Source of the DNA: the human T2T-CHM13v2.0 reference genome, Homo sapiens
DNA: 64,000 bases
Reading direction: 5' to 3' (one strand)
NCBI RefSeq assembly: GCF_009914755.1
Contig: NC_060936.1
Below the pieces are notes generated by a model. It was not told the DNA's origin. It saw only the letters and a list, made by a program, of their open reading frames with translations, and searched no databases. The position numbers and the translations under genes are program-made. Positions within the stretch are counted from its first letter, which is position 1, and every line of letters begins with the position of its first letter. Positions 57,542 through 64,000 of this stretch are shown piece by piece.

Positions 57542-57917
57542 CTACAAAATAGCAACAAAACAAGCATAAAAATTGAGGATTGAGACAATACAAAAGTGAG
57601 GCTGGTGGGAGGAGTCCTATAGATTATATGCATATAAGGGCAAGTTTATTTGGAAAAATACGGATTAAAAGCATTCACCATTATGTGTAAAAGGGCTGAA
57701 ATGGCACTTGAATAATGGCAGCAGAAAGGAAAAAGTGAGGTCCAGGGATAGGTACATCTCAAAATGGAAAATAAGTCCTGGAAAATTTGACACTTGGACG
57801 TAGGTATTTGAATTAGAATCTATTATGAAAATAACAGACACCACCAGTGCTGCTGCAACTCTGCAGCTGCTGCCTCTGAGCACTTGCCCTGCACCATGCT
57901 CAAGAATGCATGCATAA

Positions 57918-57947
57918 GTGCTTGCTTCAGCAGCACATATACTAAAA
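57918..57947 (+). pseudogene. 3'-truncated U6 snRNA retrocopy (nt 1-30)
   Basis: GTGCTTGCTTCAGCAGCACATATACTAAAA versus U6 GTGCTCGCTTCGGCAGCACATATACTAAAA (2 CpG transitions); 14-bp TSD aagaatgcatgcat. Confidence 0.88.
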
Positions 57948-58686
57948 AAAAGAATGCATGCATGTGCTGAAGGATCTTACCTAATTTCATAAAAGCCAGT
58001 GGAGGCGGATGCCATTATTATTCCCATTTTACTGATGCAGAAAGGGAGGCTCAATGAGGTTCAGTAATTTGCTCAGTGCCACACAGACAGTAAGTAAAAG
58101 AGCTGGGAGTAGAACCTGGAACTAGCGGGACTCTTAAGCCTACAGTCTTAACGATTTATCCTGCAGCAACTGGAAAATATCTGTAAGCTACAAATTCCCT
58201 TTGCACGCTTCATTGGGAAGCTTCGCAAGGGCACACTGAGGCCCAGGGCCAACCCTCCTGAGCATAGGCAGTTTAGGTGGTGCCTGTCTGGTGGATCAGT
58301 GGCAAGGGGCATCTGAGGAGGGCCACATCTATTTCACTTGATCCTCCCAGAATCTGGCATTGGGAAGGCAGACAGACAAGATTCTCCTCTCTGTTATAAA
58401 GATGGCAAAACAGACTCAAAGGGAAGAATCATCCTGCCCAAGATCAGCGAGTGGGAAGCAGGGATTCACATCCTTATCTCCCCACTGAATTCCAGCCTCT
58501 TTCCACTTTACACAAGGCAGCCTATGCAGATCTGTGGGGCCCATCTTGAGACACCTCATCTCCATCAGGGCACTCAGAGCCAGCTCCTCCCCAGCCAGCA
58601 ATGGAGTGAAAGCTATTCCCTTAATAGCTTGGGTTATAGAAGAAAATCAAAAGGTTATTTCATAGGCAGCCATATTTAACACTCAC

Positions 58687-58821
58687 TGCTTTTCCATCGT
58701 TACCAAAAAGAACAAGTCCATTTTTGGTAACGAGACCAGGCTTCTTGGCACCTTTAATTTCCAGTGGTTCTCCAGGAGGCACAGAGCTATTCAGTAATGT
58801 CGAGCCATAGAAAGTGACCAT
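58687..58821 (-). CDS. ALDH1L2: ALDH1L2 exon 7 (135 nt)
   Basis: ctag|ATG...GCA|gtgagt; MVTFYGSTLLNSSVPPGEPLEIKGAKKPGLVTKNGLVLFGNDGKA. Confidence 0.97.
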
Positions 58822-58993
58822 CTAGTAAAGAGATCAAACACAGATTGTAAAATCAGGAGAAAAGCTGTTCATAGCGGTATGTATAAGCATCATTCTCTGC
58901 AAAAACGCTGAAGTTCATATTATCATCTGTAATAAAATTGAGACACCACAATGGGAGAAACTGTCTCAAACATCCATAGAAATGACACAAGGT

Positions 58994-59493
<500 letters not shown>

Positions 59494-59765
59494 TCAATGA
59501 TGGGCAATGCACAGTGGTCACCAGACTATTACAGTGCAGGGTGGTAAGTGATGAGAAGCACAGGGTGCTTTGTGAGTCAGTTCATGGAAAAAGGATTGGA
59601 TCCAGAGAGTAACCAAGAGACACTGACGCTGACTGCATTATTATTGCAATTCTAGGATGATCAGCTATCATTTATGGAGCACTATTATGATTATGCTATA
59701 ATGGTTTGTTGAATACTTACTCTAGGCCCAGGGCTAAGTACTTAAATGAGTTAACATGTATTAAT

Positions 59766-59912
59766 TCTTTTTTTTTTTTTTTTTGAGACAGAGTCTTGCT
59801 CTGTCACCCAGGCTGGTGCAATCTCGCTGCAACCTCTGCCTCCCGGGTTCAAATGATTCTCCTGCCTTAGCCTCCCAAGTAGCTGGGATTACAGGCACAT
59901 GCCACCACACCG

Positions 59913-59943
<31 letters not shown>

Positions 59944-60071
59944 TGTATTTTTAGTAGAGACAGGGTTTTGCCATGTTGGCCAGGCTGATCTCGAACTCCT
60001 GACCTGGGTAATCCTCCCACCTCGGCCTCCCAAAGTGCTGGGATTACAGGTGTGAGCCACCATGGCTGGCC
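59766..60071 (-). mobile_element. AluS with expanded linker, inserted in a MIR
   Basis: Two long T tracts; MIR core follows at 60075-60240. Confidence 0.88.
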
Positions 60072-61056
60072 AACTCATTTAATCTTCACAATTACCCATG
60101 ACCTAAGGGAGGCAGTATTATTAGTCCCATTTTACATTGAGGAAACCAAGGCACCCAGTGGTTAAGAAACCTGCCCGAGGTTACACAGTAAATTTTCATA
60201 GAAGCATTCTGGCTTCAGATCCTGCACTCTTAACCATTACACTAAACTCCCTCCCTTGGTCACCCATCAAGCCCATGGATTTTTATTGGCACTTAGTATG
60301 TACCCAGACTCCTGCTTAACTGCTGAGATTATCAAGACAATCACATGAAGCCCTTGCCCCTAAGGAGTTCACAGTCTAGTGTTGGGGGGAATAAAGAGAC
60401 CCTCACAATATATGATGTGCGATGCCAGAGGTAGGCAGAGTGTTGCTGGAACCCAGAGATGGGCCATCAGACCCTGCCAGTCTGGGCATGTGAGATCAGG
60501 AAACCTCCCCGAAGAGGTGAAACCTGAGAGCCTGGGCTGAGTCAATTACCCATGGATAGAAGACCCTTCAGGCCCTGCCCGCCTCTCCCGCCTCAGCTCT
60601 CCCCATGCCTGTCCTCACAGTTCAGACCCTGGCTTCACTGAACTCCTTTTGCAAGTCCTTGACCAGGTGCTGGAGTCTCTTATCTCTGGGGCTTCACCTA
60701 CTTGTCTTGCTCTCAACCTGGTTAACTCTTCTCGAGCAAAGCAGTGAGCTTTTCTAGGAAGCCTTTCCTAACATGCCTGAGTCTCAGCCTCCATGATAGC
60801 GTTTATCTTACTGCACTGAGAATGTTTATTCACTTCTCTGCACTCCCCATAAAACTGCAGGCTCCTTAGATCAGGCGCTGGATTTAGTGTCTGCTGCACA
60901 ATAAATGCTTAATACATGTTGAGTAAAGGGGAGAGTGAATCACAGACCTGCCTCATGACCAAGGAAGAACCATGGGAAGCCCAGATTTATCTGTAATATC
61001 TCTTACAAAGGTAATAATCGGGGAGGGGGGTGGGGGGAGTGGTCCCTAAAACATAC

Positions 61057-61146
61057 CTGTCCATTTATCTCTGTCCAAGCTCCAGGGACTTTATCATGAC
61101 CTCGAATCCAGTTATGTAAAACTTCGGCAGACTGGTCCCAAGAAAT
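61057..61146 (-). CDS. ALDH1L2: ALDH1L2 exon 6 (90 nt)
   Basis: ctag|ATT...CAG|gtatgt; [30 protein letters not shown]. Confidence 0.97.
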
Positions 61147-61237
61147 CTAGGAAGGCACAAAATACAGGCTGAGCCTCCTATGGCTGTGAACCTCAAAGGC
61201 AATAAAAACGCTTCTCGTCATCAGAGGCAGAAACACT

Positions 61238-62242
61238 TGTTATTGGGAAATAAAGGAATTTTTGCTTCTTAGTTTTATTTGGAGTAAGTATTTTGTCAGG
61301 TGGCTGATTTAGTAAACAAGAGACTTTATTAAAGGAAAATAAAAAGCAGAGGGTTATTTAAAGGGACAGTATGCTTTGTAAAGATGAAGTAGAGCGGGCT
61401 GTTGAGGGGAGTAGGCCAGTAGCTGTTGGAGAGTTTTATGTTGGGTTTTTATTAGGTTGAACTTTTTTTTGAAGTTCCCACCTCTGTTAAGTCTCTGCCT
61501 CTTTTTTTTTTTGTCTAGTTTGTTTGTGTCTGTCTTAGCTCTCTGCTTTGTCTGCACCTAGATTTTGTCTCAGGTTTATGGGACCCTCCATATTGTTAGT
61601 TGGTGTGTATGTGTGGATTGGTGTTGGATATGAATATTACCTGATGCCTGTGTTGTTTACTATTGTCACTGCAGGGAGGTTGTATAGTGGCCAAATCTAT
61701 ACCTACTGCATCTGTGTGTTTTTTTGGAATTTCCTTCTCTGCCCTAAGCTGAACTTATGGCTCCAGGTTTTTGTTTTTTGTTTTTTGAGACAGGGGTCTC
61801 ACTGTGTTGGCCAGGCTGGTCTCGAATGCCTGGTCTCAAGTGATCCTCCTCCCTCAGCCTCCCAAAGTGCTGGGATTACAGGCATGAGCCACTGTGCCCA
61901 GCGCACCTAGCATGCCAGATTTTTTAAGGAATATCCCCTTTGCCCTTTTCATTAGCATGTAGCTAGTGATATTTTGACATTTTAACTGCAGAGCGAAGGA
62001 TTGTTGGGCAGACTGAAGAGGCGTTTCTGGGCATTTTTTATTTGCTTGTTTGTTTGTTTGTTTGCATAGTATCTCCTCTCCTTTCTATGCACATTTGACT
62101 AAGTGCCCACCCACTCCAGCATTAGAGATACTATTAATATGCAAATTTTGAGTGGTCTTCCAGACACGAGTCTTCCCAGACTTTATTTTCTTTAGGGGAC
62201 TCCCCTCTCCTGCGTATGTCTGGCTACCTGTCTACTCTAACA
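61238..62242 (-). mobile_element. ERV1 (MER4-group) LTR containing an Alu monomer (~61770-61900); family uncertain
   Basis: TG...CA ends; - strand begins TGTTAGAGTAGACAGGTAGCCAGACAT; no clear TSD. Confidence 0.6.
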
Positions 62243-62357
62243 GGTAGGGCTAGGGCAAGCTGGCTTACCTTTTGGCAAGATCATAGTATGTGGGGAACTA
62301 CTGAAGGGTAGAGGGCCATGAACTCTGAGACGTGTTATTGAGTTGATATATAAATAC

Positions 62358-62459
62358 CTCAGCATTTTCCTTTTTCTGGATACCTTCATATGTTGCCCCT
62401 TCTTCTGGCTGGGGTATACGAGGAGCTTTTCCATCAGCTATGAGTTGGACAGCTTCTAC
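62358..62459 (-). CDS. ALDH1L2: ALDH1L2 exon 5 (102 nt), hydrolase domain
   Basis: ttag|GTA...GAG|gtattt; translates [34 protein letters not shown]. Upstream exons lie beyond the window. Confidence 0.97.
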
Positions 62460-62736
62460 CTAAGGCCAAAGACATCACCTGTGTTACAGCCCAATGATCA
62501 ACAATGGCATGGTCTATTTGACTAAAGTTTCTGCATAACAGAATTACTACCTATAAACCTGTTCAGAGAGTCAAGAGTATGATGATAACTACCATTTCTT
62601 CAGGTCCATCCTGACAAGCAGTGTGGTAGCTACTTTATGTAAAATATCCCTTGAAAACATAACACAAATCCTGCAAGGTGTATATTGTTATTCCTGTTTT
62701 ACACCTGAGGAAACTGACAGAAAAAGAGCTAAGCAA

Positions 62737-63044
<308 letters not shown>

Positions 63045-64000
63045 CTAAGCAATTGGCTGAAGATCACAGAGAGAGCTTGTAGGTGTCAGAAACAGGATTT
63101 GTATCCAGGTCTATCTATTGCCAATCGAAGTCTGCACTCTCAAAAATGACTCCCTTGTTTAAACAAACTGCCACCTCCCTTAGTGATTCACTGGAAATGA
63201 TAGGAATATAATGATAAAATAAGTCTTTGTGAGTTATTTTACTCATCATGATGATTCTAAAAAATGATACCTTACTGTATTTAATGAATTCAACTTGCTT
63301 TCTAGTTTAGGAGACCTGGAATAAAAAAAGTTAAAATCTATCCATGAGCTTGATTGCCTTTGGGAGGTGTCCTGCATTTTCTTCTCTGTTATATTTACGT
63401 TTGCCTTGAGTCGAGAGCCTCCCATTTTCACTGCGAGGCCCACGTGAGTTCAAGTTCTCAGATTTCTCTCTAAGGACTCACAGCTGCTGACCAACCCACC
63501 CAAGAGCACACGGAGGGAGCCACAGGGGAACAGAGCCAAGTTTACAGCTCATTCCACCCACCTCCATCTAGGCTATAACTAGGTCTAGAATCTGGGCTTC
63601 AGCAAATATCACTGAACACACAAAATGCTATGTTGATTGTAATGATCATTTTATGAGCACCTACCATGGGCCAGATGCTTTGCACAAATAGTGTCACTTA
63701 ATTTCCACAACCACCCTACAAGTCAGGTGGTATTATCCATGCTGTATAGATGAAGAAACCAAAGCTACAGAGGCTAAGCGACTTGCCTGTGGTCATGCAA
63801 CAAAGAAGAGGTAGAATGGAAACTTGAGCTTAGGTCTTTCTGACATCGAAGCCCTACTCTCTTAATCATTGAATGATACAAGCAAAGCACTGCTTTCCTC
63901 TCTCCTAAATCAATGGCTACTACTGTATATAATCTTGCTACTTCTTTCATACTAGCTCTGAAAAAAAATTAAATGACATCAAAATTATCAGCTGGAGCTT

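Overview
Human genomic DNA, not microbial. An AluYa5 element supports human origin. The window holds the 3' part of ALDH1L2 (mitochondrial 10-formyltetrahydrofolate dehydrogenase) on the minus strand: 19 GT-AG coding exons, which I number 5-23 from recollection of the gene model. They total 2178 nt (725 aa plus TAG) and are followed by a ~4.6 kb 3' UTR. The reading frame is intact across all junctions and retains the phosphopantetheine Ser375 and catalytic Glu694 and Cys728. The first ~15 kb is intergenic transposon sequence, including a complete Tigger2 carrying three nested insertions, one of them a near full-length L1PA7-like element. Nearly all other ORFs in the supplied track are L1, Alu or simple-repeat artefacts. 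The most notable non-routine structures are: (1) a ~455-bp copy of the exon 22 acceptor region pasted into intron 21, forming a 47-nt AG...GT-bounded pseudoexon with an in-frame TGA (candidate poison exon); (2) a second templated insertion with a foldback inverted repeat, landing at the equivalent MIR motif with a similar ~2.2 kb donor offset; (3) an Alu with an inverted left arm (twin-priming geometry) next to exon 12; (4) a 70-nt near-perfect hairpin; (5) a 3'-truncated U6 retrocopy with target-site duplications; (6) a ~660-bp TA-rich VNTR. None of these amounts to a demonstrated new system; all are hypotheses to test.
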